In this document: positions 23,060 to 34,139 of the stretch, piece after piece
Layout of the letters: every line of letters begins with the position of its first letter
Numbering within the stretch: the stretch's first letter is position 1
IMG/VR virus record: IMGVR_UViG_2840842423_000001
Coordinates: 101,185-165,184 of that record
DNA length: 64,000 bases
Reading direction: 5' to 3' (one strand)
Source: a virus
Lineage: Duplodnaviria; Caudoviricetes
Program-made: the position numbers and the translations under genes
Notes under the pieces: generated by a model
Told to the model about the DNA's origin: nothing
Database searches by the model: none
What the model saw: the letters and a program-made list of their open reading frames with translations, nothing else

Positions 23060-24303
23060 CGCATGACAGACATGCAGTTTTAAGATTATCTTTTGAAGTG
23101 ATAGAAGGATACTTTTCTGTGCTAGGGTTGACAATAGTTGACGATTTAAATAATTATAAAAATACTAAAACCAAATTTACTGCAATTGATAAAGATGGTT
23201 ACAAAGTTTTCATGACAGTGAATTCAGCAAAAAATTCAAAAGGTTATCGCAAATTTGATAAAAGCAATCCATATACTATAGACAATATTAAGCTTTGGTT
23301 GATACTAAATGATCCAGATTATGAGTTACTCTCTACAGAATATTGTGGAACTGATGAAAAATATACTTGGAGGATGATATCGAGACCTGATCTAGAACCA
23401 TTTCGAACGACTTGGACTGATTTTAAATCTGACGGGAATAGACATCCAGATTTGGGGCGGCAAAGGTCGGCAGACGGAAAAAGAAGAAAACCTGATCAGG
23501 TTAAAAGAGACATAGACAAAAGGCTTGAAGAATCGTATCCCGATTGGCTTCTAGATGAAGGCGAGGAGTTTAAATATCGTACAGCCAAGAGCCCATATTT
23601 AAATTTTACACATAAGTTGGGATATAAGTCACAAACAACATATGCTCAAGTACACTCAGAAGTCCTAAGAACGTTAGTTTTATTTCATCCAAGCTACCCG
23701 GAGACTTCAATACATAATATGGAGCTATGGACACACCTAAACTCTAAGTACGAAATGGTTAAGGGGCAAGAATATACAGAGTACAGAGGAAAATACAAGT
23801 TTATCTGTGACATTCACAATGAGTTCACCAACAACTTTAGCACAGTGTATTCATATAACACGGGTTGTCAAGACTGTATCTCTGAAGCTCATTATGGGGA
23901 AGGTAACCCAAATTGGAAGCCATTTATCACGGACGAAGAAAGAGAGAATAGACACACTAGAGAAATGTATGTTGATGGATATGCAAGATGGCGAACAGAC
24001 TCTTTGAAGCGAGATGCTTACTCTTGTCAAATTTGTGGGCACACAGAAGAACTAGTTGTACATCACAAAGATGGTTTTCATTGGAACGTAGATCGAAGAG
24101 CAGACCTATCCAATTCAGTGACCTTATGTTCTACTTGTCATGATGATTTTCACACCCAATACGGTTATTTTTATAATACAGAGGAACAGTTCAACGAATA
24201 TTTTACCGACATGCAAAAGATAATCGAAGACGTTATAAAAGATGCAAAAGAGTATCACCAAAGAAAAGATAATAAATACCATACAGAATTACATAAAGAA
24301 TAG
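23056..24303 (+). CDS. HNH homing endonuclease, free-standing
   Basis: C-terminal CQICG...VHHKDG...TLCSTCHDDFH; inserted between helicase and primase. Confidence 0.8.
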   Translation: MTHDRHAVLRLSFEVIEGYFSVLGLTIVDDLNNYKNTKTKFTAIDKDGYKVFMTVNSAKNSKGYRKFDKSNPYTIDNIKLWLILNDPDYELLSTEYCGTDEKYTWRMISRPDLEPFRTTWTDFKSDGNRHPDLGRQRSADGKRRKPDQVKRDIDKRLEESYPDWLLDEGEEFKYRTAKSPYLNFTHKLGYKSQTTYAQVHSEVLRTLVLFHPSYPETSIHNMELWTHLNSKYEMVKGQEYTEYRGKYKFICDIHNEFTNNFSTVYSYNTGCQDCISEAHYGEGNPNWKPFITDEERENRHTREMYVDGYARWRTDSLKRDAYSCQICGHTEELVVHHKDGFHWNVDRRADLSNSVTLCSTCHDDFHTQYGYFYNTEEQFNEYFTDMQKIIEDVIKDAKEYHQRKDNKYHTELHKE

Positions 24304-24319
24304 TGGTGATTAATCCTGT

Positions 24320-25453
24320 ATGAGTAGACTAGACAAAGACAAAATAAAAGAATCGCTCACATTATCCGACATAAACTTAATCCTATCTGACTTAGGTTCT
24401 TCTTCTCCTAGACAAGATAGCCAAGGCAATCCAATATACAGTACGGTGTGTCATCATGGAAATAGCAGTGATCATAAACATAAATTATATTATTATCCTT
24501 CTTCGTATAATTTTCATTGCTATTCCAATTGTGCAAGCATGGACATATATGAGGTAATTATTCAAGCTAAAGAACAACAAGGATACACCTTTAGCTTCTA
24601 CGAGTCTATCAAATACGTAACAGAATTAACTCATAAAAGTTTTACAATGAACGATAGCAGTAAAGGCAAACAATCAGATAAAATTTCAGACTGGAATTGG
24701 CTTAATCGCTTCAAACCTAAGAAAAAAATGACAACTCAACTACCATCATTCAACGAGAATGTACTGGATGTATTCTTACCTTATCTCAACAATTGGATCG
24801 GCGAAGGAATTACACCGAAAACTGCAAATCTATTCAATGTGCGCTACTACTTCAAGGAAGAACAAATAATTCTTCCACACTATGATATCAATAGTAGATT
24901 AATCGGCATTCGTTCCAGAAATACAGATGAACGTGCAGATTCAGGAGCAAAATATATTCCTACGATTGTGGAGAATACTCAATATAATCATGTATTATCT
25001 CATTCGCTTTATGGAATTCATCTTACACAAGAAGCCGTAAAATCTAGTCGTAAATGTATGTTGGTGGAAGGCGAGAAAAGTGTATTAAAAGGAACAGAAT
25101 TCTATGGAGAAGATAATTTCACAGTTGCAGTATGTGGCAGCAACATAAGCACAGTTCAACGAGATTTAGTACTTTCTTTAAATGTTGAAGAAGTATTTAT
25201 AGCATTTGACAAGTTTAGAGGGCAGAAAGATATGGAATCGGATGAAAAGTATGAAAAAGCATTGCTAGAGTATCAGAAGAAATTGGTGAGGTTAGCGCAT
25301 ATGTTTACTGCATTCGTGAGAGTGTACATTTTATATGATGATTATGGGGTGCTCAATCCCAAGGATTCACCACTGGATCAGTCAAAAGGCGCACTAGAAC
25401 TTCTTATGATGAATAAAAATGAAATTACTACTAAGGAAGGAATGGTAACTTGA
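24320..25453 (+). CDS. dnaG: DNA primase (YorJ-like)
   Basis: CHH...FHCYSNC zinc finger; TOPRIM LVEGEKS and AFD. Confidence 0.85.
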   Translation: MSRLDKDKIKESLTLSDINLILSDLGSSSPRQDSQGNPIYSTVCHHGNSSDHKHKLYYYPSSYNFHCYSNCASMDIYEVIIQAKEQQGYTFSFYESIKYVTELTHKSFTMNDSSKGKQSDKISDWNWLNRFKPKKKMTTQLPSFNENVLDVFLPYLNNWIGEGITPKTANLFNVRYYFKEEQIILPHYDINSRLIGIRSRNTDERADSGAKYIPTIVENTQYNHVLSHSLYGIHLTQEAVKSSRKCMLVEGEKSVLKGTEFYGEDNFTVAVCGSNISTVQRDLVLSLNVEEVFIAFDKFRGQKDMESDEKYEKALLEYQKKLVRLAHMFTAFVRVYILYDDYGVLNPKDSPLDQSKGALELLMMNKNEITTKEGMVT

Positions 25454-27185
25454 AGTATAATTTAAAAGGAAATAATAACATATTGTCTCCTTTAGAACAA
25501 ATATTACATAATCGAGGAGTCACAGATGTAGATGGATTCCTGAAAGCAGGAAGTGACCATAGCGTAACAAATCATTATTCTAAATTGGATAACATTGATA
25601 AAGCAGTAGATTGTCTACTAAAGCATATTGGAGGTGATAACAACATCTGGGTGCAAGTAGACCCGGATGTTTAGTTGACGGATATACATCTTCCGCAATG
25701 TTAATTAATTACTTACATAAAATCAAACCAAGCATCAACATACAATATAGACAACAAGACGGAAAGGAACATGGTATTAATGCTAATCATGTTCCTTCTG
25801 GTGTAGATTTAGTGTTGCTTCCTGACTCTGGGAGTGCAGATTTTGCAGAACACAAGAAACTACGCGAACGTGGCATTGATATCATTGTACTTGATCACCA
25901 TGAAGTAGAAAACAATCAAGAATCGAAACATGCAATTGTAGTAAACAATCAATTGTCACCTAAATTTGATAATAATAGCTTCAGTGGTGCAGGTGTCACA
26001 TTCAAGTTTCTGGAAGCATTAGATGACAGGTTAGAAGTAGACTATGCCAATACATATTTAGATTTATTAGCTTTAGGAATAATTGGCGACAGTATGCTAG
26101 TTTCAGAAAAAGAAAATAGATACTACATTACAAAAGGATTAAAAAGAATAAAAAACCCTTTAGTAAAAGAGATATTAAAATCGCAAGAATATTCAACTGG
26201 TGGAGTGGTAGATATAACCAGCATCTCATTTTTTATTAACCCACTGTTTAACGCAGTTGTCAGATCAGGAAGCAAAGAGGAAAAGAATCAGGTATTTGAA
26301 GCATTGCTAGGAGATGGTACTGAGGAAGTATACTATGAACGCGGGAAGAAATATGAACCTTTAACAACAAATACAGTGCGTATGATGAAGCGTGTACGTG
26401 TAAGACAAAACAAACTAAGAGACAAAGGTGTAGAAGCAATCGAAGAGAAAATTGCAGAAAAGAATCTGTTGAACAATAAAATATTGACTGTAGAGGTTAC
26501 AAATGTTTTAGATCCCAATTTAAGTGGGTTGGTAGCCAATAGGCTTGCGCAGAGTTATAAGCGTCCAACATTGCTTGTTAGGTGGGATGATGACAATGCA
26601 ACATTAAGTGGCAGCGCAAGAGGATATGAGAATGGTTATATTAAAGACCTTAAAGGATATTTAGATTCTATGAATCAGTTTATTTATCTTCGTGGACATC
26701 CTAATGCGCATGGCGTAAAAATCATTCCAAACAATCTCATAGAAGTAAACAATATGATAAACAAAGATTTGAAAAATATCGAGTTAGATACAGGCTCATA
26801 CGATGTTGATTTTGAGATTGACATGAAACATCTTACAAAAGGTTTTATAACCACTCTAAATGACTACAGTGATCTTTGGGGCAAAGGTGTTGAATCTCCG
26901 TTGCTTATGATTCACTCAATCAATGTAAATAAAACTGCCGTTTTATTGCAGGGTAAATCGAAAAATGTACTCAAATTTGCAGTAAATGGAATAGAATTTA
27001 TCAAGTTTGGGAGCAGTGAGGAAGAGTATAAGAGTATTGTTGATGTTGAAGAAAAGAAATCACGCCAAGTTTCTATTAATGTTATAGGAAAAGCATCTAT
27101 GAATACCTTCAGGGGACAAAAGACCCCACAAATTATGATTGAAGACTTTGAAGTAGAAGAAGCTGAAGATAAGTTGTTATTTTAG
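25450..27185 (+). CDS. recJ: RecJ-like ssDNA exonuclease (YorK-like), split by a 5-nt gap at 25672-25676
   Basis: Part 1 ends VQVDPDV*; part 2 frame reads VDGYTSSAML; DHH, SGAGV, SGSAR and GH.NA.G motifs intact. Confidence 0.88.
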
Positions 27186-27186
27186 A

Positions 27187-27215
27187 TTGACAATAGATAA
27201 TAAATATTATACAAT
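27187..27215 (+). promoter_or_regulatory. sigmaA promoter with phage box
   Basis: TTGACA-17-TACAAT; overlaps the track's TTG start, so the true start is likely 27232. Confidence 0.8.
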
Positions 27216-27231
27216 AAAAGGAGATAGACAA

Positions 27232-28512
27232 ATGAGCTATAGTGGATACGTTGTTAAGGTTAAAGAATTAAGAAAACATTCTAACGCCGATAGATTGCAA
27301 GTTCTTACAGTATTCGGAAACGATGTTATTGTGGGATTGAATGTAGAAGTGGGTGACGTTGGAATTTACTTTCCGACGGATGGAAAGTTGAATTATGATT
27401 TTGCTAAGAAGAATAATCTATTACGAGAACAAGATGCAGAGGGCAATCAAGTTGGTGGTTATCTTGATCCAGATAAACGACATGTATCTAGTATTCGCTT
27501 ACGTGGTGAAAAGTCTGATGGATTATATATGCCGATTAGCAGTTTAAATAATTTCTGCGATGTATCAAAACTGAATGAAGGTGATAAGATTGACACAATT
27601 AACGGAAAACAGGTCTGTGAAAAATATGTGCCCAGAGGAGAGGTTAAGAACAGCAATCCTACTGGTAAGCAAACTAAGAAGAAAGAAAAGGAATCTTACC
27701 CGTTCTTTGAGCAACATGTAGATACTCAACAACTGGCATATAACACTAATTCATTCAAAGAGGGAGATTTATGCTACATTACTCTGAAACTTCATGGGAC
27801 ATCACAAAGAACAAGCCACGCCATCAAGAAAGAAGTCAACCCACTACATAAATTCTTGAGGCTATTTGGTGTTAAGAAACACAAGAAAGATTGGGAGTAT
27901 GTAACAGGCACACGTAGAGTAATGCTTAAAGATTATAACGGTGGATATTATGGCGGAAATGCTTTCAGAAAGCAATGGCATGATTTCTTTGTTGATAAAC
28001 TTCCCAAAGGAGTCTCCGTATATTATGAAGTCGTAGGATACACAGGCACTGGTCAATTGATTATGCCAGAAGTAAACAATAAGAAAACGAAAGATAAAGA
28101 GTTCATTAAGAAATATGGTAAGACTACAAAATATACATATGGGCTAGAAGAAGGGCAAAGCGATATTTATGTTTATAGAATGACTATGACCAATGAGGAT
28201 GGCGAGGTTGTTGAAATCCCTTGGGAAACAGTGAAGCTATACTGTGAGAAAATGGGTGTAAAATATACTCCTGAGTTAGATAAATTCTTCTTTACTACTG
28301 TAGAAGATATGATGGAACGAGTTGGAGAATATGAAGATGGTATTGATCCAATTGGTAAGACTCATATCCGTGAAGGAGTAGTTGTTAGAGTAGAGAATCA
28401 TGAGAGGTTTACGGCATATAAACAAAAGAACTTCAGTTTCAAGGTTTTGGAGGGCATTGTTAAACAAGATGATGTGTTAGACATGGAAGAGGAAAATTCA
28501 TTAGAGGTTTAA
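27232..28512 (+). CDS. ATP-dependent RNA ligase (DRB0094/Rnl5-like, N-terminal OB domain)
   Basis: H.NADRLQ and RLRGEKS.G N-terminal motifs, motif I KLHGTS, YYEVVG, REGVVVR, K.KN..F. Confidence 0.8.
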   Translation: MSYSGYVVKVKELRKHSNADRLQVLTVFGNDVIVGLNVEVGDVGIYFPTDGKLNYDFAKKNNLLREQDAEGNQVGGYLDPDKRHVSSIRLRGEKSDGLYMPISSLNNFCDVSKLNEGDKIDTINGKQVCEKYVPRGEVKNSNPTGKQTKKKEKESYPFFEQHVDTQQLAYNTNSFKEGDLCYITLKLHGTSQRTSHAIKKEVNPLHKFLRLFGVKKHKKDWEYVTGTRRVMLKDYNGGYYGGNAFRKQWHDFFVDKLPKGVSVYYEVVGYTGTGQLIMPEVNNKKTKDKEFIKKYGKTTKYTYGLEEGQSDIYVYRMTMTNEDGEVVEIPWETVKLYCEKMGVKYTPELDKFFFTTVEDMMERVGEYEDGIDPIGKTHIREGVVVRVENHERFTAYKQKNFSFKVLEGIVKQDDVLDMEEENSLEV

Positions 28513-28536
28513 TATGTAAATAATATTACAAAGGAG

Positions 28537-29367
28537 ATGAAATCAATGAGTAAATTAATCAACAATCTCAGCGAACAAAAAGAAATCTTAGAATCGCAAG
28601 GCTACTCAGTAGCATATATTTGTATTTATGGCAGCCAAAATTACAACCTTGATATCCACACAGATGATTATCAATCTGATATTGATATGAAAGCAATCAT
28701 CGTTCCAACATTAGACGATCTAATCCAAGATAGTAAACCAGTTTCTACAGTAGTTGACACAGAATGGGGTCAATGTGACATCAAAGATATAAGACTATAT
28801 TTTAAAACTTTATTGAAAGCTAATCCCGCATATATTGAAACATTATACACTGATTACTATGTAGTTGATAGTAAGTTTGACAACGAATTTGAACAGATTT
28901 TTAATCTTAGGGATAATTTAGTTGAAACACTGAAAGCTCAAATGATACGTGCTATGTATGGCATGATGAAAGAGAAAGAGAAAGCCATGTGTCATCCATA
29001 TCCTACAATTGCACACAAGATTGAGAAGTATAAATTTGATGGCAAGCAGACACACCACATTTTGAGATTGTGGCTAATGATGGAAGATTACTATAATCAT
29101 GGAAAAAACATGAAAGAATGTATGTATCCAGATGCAAAATTAACAGAGTTGCTCATCGATCATAAGTTAAATAAATTGCCTTTTGAAACAGCTTTAGAAG
29201 ATGTTAACGATGTAATGAAACTGGCAAAGGAATTTAAAGATGAAGTTTTAAATAATATTGATGAGAATAAGGTTGATTATTCAGTAAAGGGTGATTTTCT
29301 AAAATTGTCTCAGGAGATTATTAAAAGTAGAATAATCGAAGAATCGAAAGGAGTACAATATGACTAA
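28537..29367 (+). CDS. Pol-beta superfamily nucleotidyltransferase (RlaP/YcgL-like)
   Basis: YGSQNY.L......SD.D motif, K.NP..IE.L, H..RL. Confidence 0.75.
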   Translation: MKSMSKLINNLSEQKEILESQGYSVAYICIYGSQNYNLDIHTDDYQSDIDMKAIIVPTLDDLIQDSKPVSTVVDTEWGQCDIKDIRLYFKTLLKANPAYIETLYTDYYVVDSKFDNEFEQIFNLRDNLVETLKAQMIRAMYGMMKEKEKAMCHPYPTIAHKIEKYKFDGKQTHHILRLWLMMEDYYNHGKNMKECMYPDAKLTELLIDHKLNKLPFETALEDVNDVMKLAKEFKDEVLNNIDENKVDYSVKGDFLKLSQEIIKSRIIEESKGVQYD

Positions 29368-30334
29368 ATTAATAGTAATGGTGGGCTTACCAGCTTCTTT
29401 TAAGTCTACCTATGCCAAACAATTAGCTAAAGAACACAATGCGACAATACTATCCTCTGATGATATTCGAGAAGAGTTGCTAAATGATGTCAATAATCAA
29501 GATAATAACTCTAAGGTGTTTGAAGTAATGAATAAACGTGCTAAACAGTTACTCCAAAAAGGCAATAATGTCATACTAGACGCAACGAATATTAATCGCA
29601 AACGCCGCAAACATCTAATCAATCATGAGTTGAAAATGGCAGATGAGAAGATCGTATATTACATGAATACCCATGTAGACGATTGTGTAGAGAGCGACTT
29701 AAATAGAGATAGATCTGTAGGTAAAGAAGTGATTATGAAGATGTATAAATCGATGCAGATCCCTGTGAAAAACGAAGGTTGGGATGAGGTTGTCATAATT
29801 AATCCTGAGATGAATGAAGCTCACGAGGAAAGAAAAACCTTAGAGAATATTATAACTCAGAACAAAAATTATGAGACAGTAATGAGTACGCTTTCTCATT
29901 ATATGAACGACTTCAAGAAAATTCATGAACTTCCACACGATTCTAAATATCATTCATTTTCGGTTAGTAGGCATACTTATCATGTGTTTGATTATATAAG
30001 AGATCGTACAGATGATTTAAGACTGCTGTGGGCTGCACTGTTTCATGATGTTGGAAAGGGATATACTAAGTCGTTTATCAATTATAAAGGTGAGAAGACT
30101 AGATATGCGAGCTTTTTGGGGCATGAAAATATTTCTGCACAGATTGCTTTATACGCTTTATTGGAATTAGGATATGATACTGAATTTGCTACAAGGGTGT
30201 CTGCTTTGTGTCAGTTTCATATGTATCTTATGAGTGCAGGAGATAAGAAGATGAATGAGATTCAAGAAATGTTGGGCAATGATTTATATGAGGATTTGAT
30301 GATATTGCATTGGGCTGATATGCAAGCGAAGTAA
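29360..30334 (+). CDS. polynucleotide kinase (AAA_33) fused to HD phosphohydrolase
   Basis: GLPASFKST P-loop, SSDDIR, DATN; H..H ... LFHDVGK ... GHE ... HM ... AD. Confidence 0.85.
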   Translation: MTKLIVMVGLPASFKSTYAKQLAKEHNATILSSDDIREELLNDVNNQDNNSKVFEVMNKRAKQLLQKGNNVILDATNINRKRRKHLINHELKMADEKIVYYMNTHVDDCVESDLNRDRSVGKEVIMKMYKSMQIPVKNEGWDEVVIINPEMNEAHEERKTLENIITQNKNYETVMSTLSHYMNDFKKIHELPHDSKYHSFSVSRHTYHVFDYIRDRTDDLRLLWAALFHDVGKGYTKSFINYKGEKTRYASFLGHENISAQIALYALLELGYDTEFATRVSALCQFHMYLMSAGDKKMNEIQEMLGNDLYEDLMILHWADMQAK

Positions 30335-30814
30335 AGGTTGACAATGGTCTATGGATAATAAATAATATAATACATATAATAGGAGTGTGATGTCATAATG
30401 AGCAATAAAGAATATCCAACAGCAAAAGAGTTGTTAGACAGTGGAAAATGGAAGCTACATAAGACGATTAAAGATAAGCTTGCAGGTTTGTATGTATATG
30501 TAGAAGAAATCAATGAAGGTGAGAGTAAGAAATATAGAATACATAAGATGAATTTCTTCACAAAACGTGGTGTGCTAGTATATGGAAGTTTGAGTGTTAT
30601 TTTAGGGTCAGTTAAATGGTTGTTGAATCTCATACAGAAAGAAATGGGTGATGCAGCGTTGGGTGAAATATTGGATGAGATTAAAGAGATGAGATTGGCG
30701 AGGAAGCATAGGTTGGATACAGGGAAGTCGTTTGGAACTGGGCAGGGATTTAGGAGTATGGATGATGTGGATAGGGAAGTTGAGAGGATTTTAAGGAAGG
30801 TTAGTAAATAACAG

Positions 30815-30843
30815 TTGACTATAGATAAATAATGTTATATAAT
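30815..30843 (+). promoter_or_regulatory. sigmaA promoter with variant box, upstream of dnaE
   Basis: TTGACT-17-TATAAT. Confidence 0.85.
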
Positions 30844-30870
30844 CTATACATAAAGAAAGGAGATGTTCAA

Positions 30871-32787
30871 TTGTTGCAAAACAAACCAAAATTCATAAAC
30901 CTCCATTGCCACTCGGATGTGTCAAATATTCGGCTTTTGGATTCTACAAATTCAATTCAAGCTTTACTAGAGACGGCAGTAAAGATGAATTATCAGGGGC
31001 TGGCACTAACGGATCATGAGGCATTGTCAAATCATCTTAAAGCTATTAAAACAGCGAGAAAAATGAAAGAGAACGGTACTATGTCAGAATCGTTCCGTAT
31101 TATTCTTGGAAATGAATTGTACCTTATAGATTCGTTAGAAGAAGTGAGAGATAACTATCAATCTGGAGTAACTAAATTTCCACACTTCTTAATTCTTAGT
31201 AGATCGGAAGTCGGTCATGAGCAAATGCGTATACTCAGTAGTCGTGCATGGTCACGAAGTTTCAGAACTGGGCTTATGGAAAGAACGGTAACACTCAAGT
31301 CAGATATTGAAGAAATTGTAAAGCCAAATCAAGGTCATATTATTGCAAGCTCTGCCTGTCTCGGGAGCGAAATCAATATAAGATTACTTGCTATTAAAGA
31401 AGCTAATGAGAATAGTGATGAACAAGCTGCACAATTACATAGAAATAAATTAAATGAATTTATACTATGGTGTATTGATGTATTCGGTCAAGATTACTTC
31501 TTTATTGAATTGCAACCAGCTTTAAGTGAAGAACAAATATATTGTAATAAAGAATTAATCAAAATTGCAGATTTCTATAAGTTGAAACGAATTATAACAA
31601 CAGATGCACATTATCCCCGTCCAGAAGATCGTGCTATTCATGAAGCATTTTTAAACGCTAAGGAAGCAGAGAGGGAAGTTGCTAGTTTTTACGAAGCGTG
31701 TTTTTTAGCCAATGTGGATGAAATTTATGAAAGAATGAGTTATATAGATACAGAGATTCTTGACGACGCCATCTCCAATACACAATTAATTGGAGATATG
31801 GTAGAAGATTATACATTAGAGAAAGATACAGTAATACCTAAAATTGATTTACCAAAGTTTGAAGTTAGACATATATTTAAACCAGCTTATAGCAAATATG
31901 AATATATTGAAAAAATGGCAAATTCTGATGAAGAACAGAACAGATATTTAGTAAAGCTAATCGAAGATGGGTTCGAGGAAAAACTAAAGACTCCTGAACT
32001 AACACAAGAAAAGTTTCACCAAATTTTAGCAAGAATTGATATAGAACTAAGTGAACTATGGGAAATAGGACAGGAAATCAATCAAGCTATGGGCAGTTAT
32101 TATATTACGGTTTCTGAAATAATCAGAATAATATGGGATGATGAATGTGGAGGTGACAGTCTCGTTGCTCCGGGTAGAGGATCAAGTTCAGGATTTATTT
32201 TAAATTATTTACTTGATATTACTCAAATTAACCCATTAGAATATGGAATTGAAATGCCACACTGGAGACATTTACATAAAAGTCGTCCCGATATTGGAGC
32301 ATTGGACATTGACATTGATACAGAAGCAAATAAACGTCCTAGAATTATTCAAGCTCTAAAAGACCATTTTGGAGAAGATAGAATCTTACAAGTAGCTACA
32401 TTTGGAACAGAAACATCTAAAGCAGCTATAACAACAGCGTGTAGAGGATTAGGATATGATTCAGATATTGCCTTACACTTAGGTAGCATGATTCCTTTTG
32501 AGCGTGGTAAAAATTGGAGTATAAGCGATTGTTTGTATGGCAATGAAGAGAAAGATAGAAAACCAGTTAAAGAGTTTATTAATGAGATTGAACGCTATCC
32601 TAAGTTAAAAGAAACTGCATTGGGATTGAATGGTCTAATTTCCAAGAGGGGAGTACACGCGGGAGGAGTCGTATTATTTCCTGATATATACTACAAAACT
32701 AGCTCATTAATGCGAGCACCCAATGGAACTCCTATTACAGCCTATTCGTTAGATGATGTTCAGGCTATGTCGAATATTAAATTTGAT
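30871..32787 (+). CDS. dnaE: DNA polymerase III alpha (YorL-like), exon 1
   Basis: PHP motifs HCHS, TDH, TTDAHY; GRGS; DIDID; HAGGV; ends ...KFD before the intron. Confidence 0.92.
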
Positions 32788-34139
32788 TAACATTATATTG
32801 CTCGCAACTCACACAATAATGAGAGGGGCGAGAAAATGGCAAAAATTCACAGAGAAAAATATTACAATCAAATCTTAGAGTTATTTAGAAAAGGAAATAA
32901 CATGTCCACTATAGCAGAAATACTTAATATTAATCGATTAGATGTAAGAAAGGTTTTGGAGGAGAATAAATTATATCAGCCAAGCTATTTAAAATTACGA
33001 AATGACTATGATAAGATGGTTATTAAAGTTAAAAAATATTATGTTGACGATAACCTTTCTGCGGTTGAAGTTGCTGAAAAAGCAGGTATTTCTGACAGGT
33101 CTGTTATTAGATTATTAAAAGGCATGAATATTCCAATCAGACCTCAATCTTATTACGTGACAACAAATTCAGTTAACGAGAAAGCTTTTTCAGAATACAC
33201 TCCCGAAAGCGTGTATTGGCAGGGTTTATTGCTGGTGATGGCTGTGTGTTCAATCGTCGAACAGATAGAGATGCAGATTATGCACATGTGTTAACCATTG
33301 GACTCTCGTATAAAGATAAGTCACACTTAGAAAAGTTTAAGGAATTTGTTGATTTTTCAGGAGATTTATACATAGATAAAGATCGCACTAAAATTACAAT
33401 AACAATAAATAGCAGGCGGTTGGTAAAAGACATAATGGAAAAATATGATATAACTAAAAATAAAACAGATACTTATACACCTCCTGACAAAATCCCATCT
33501 CATCTAAAAAAATATTTTGTGTTAGGTCTTTTTGATTCAGACGGTTCAATGACAAAAATAAATAGACCCAACAAAGCTGTAAACGGACATGTTAAAGGAT
33601 TATATGTTTTTGGAATGAGTTTTACAGGCACTATGGAAACAATTATCTATATTAGAAATTTTTTTGGTAGTACTGTAAAAGAAACTAAAAGACGTGAAAA
33701 TGATTCAAACAATTATACAATCTTGTTTCAGGGTAATATTCAATTAATCAAATATGGCTCTAAGTTGTATGATAAATACTCTAAAAAGTTTTGTATGAAA
33801 AGAAAATATAAAAAATACTGTGAGTTGCTTGAGCAATATAATATAGTCGTCCATGATGGTAACATTATGGATTATGAGCTGGTGAACCTGTAAATGCAGG
33901 GTGTGTCTTAGATAAGATGCTAACAGGGGAAGCCTAAGTCATAATTAAAAAATATGATATGGTAATCCTGTGCCAAGCCTTTGTGTACAAAGGAAGGTGC
34001 AACGACTATTCCGAGAGGAAGTAGGTTATGGGTGAAATTCCTATAGCCGAAGTGCCAGCCAGCCCCAAGGGTTGAAGATATAGTCTACTCCGACTGAATC
34101 AATCAGTGTTAAAGTATCTCGAAAGAGACGGTAGAGAGG
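32788..34139 (+). ncRNA. group I self-splicing intron in dnaE (1352 nt)
   Basis: 5' exon ends in T, intron ends in G, splicing gives KFD|LLTIEALDK in frame; P7 gactat(34004)/atagtc(34080); P3 gctggt/gccagc; long-range P1. Confidence 0.92.
32836..33893 (+). pseudogene. intron-encoded LAGLIDADG homing endonuclease with 1-nt frameshift near 33219
   Basis: VYW|AGFIAGDG restored by one extra G; second motif LGLFDSDGS; N-terminal HTHs. Confidence 0.8.

Noticed and set aside
25450-25674. The 74-aa ORF as an independent gene
   Set aside because: It is the RecJ N-terminus and ends in the middle of motif I.
33211-33240. Programmed -1 frameshift in the intron HEG
   Set aside because: No X XXY YYZ slippery heptamer at the required position; a simple 1-nt deletion is more parsimonious.
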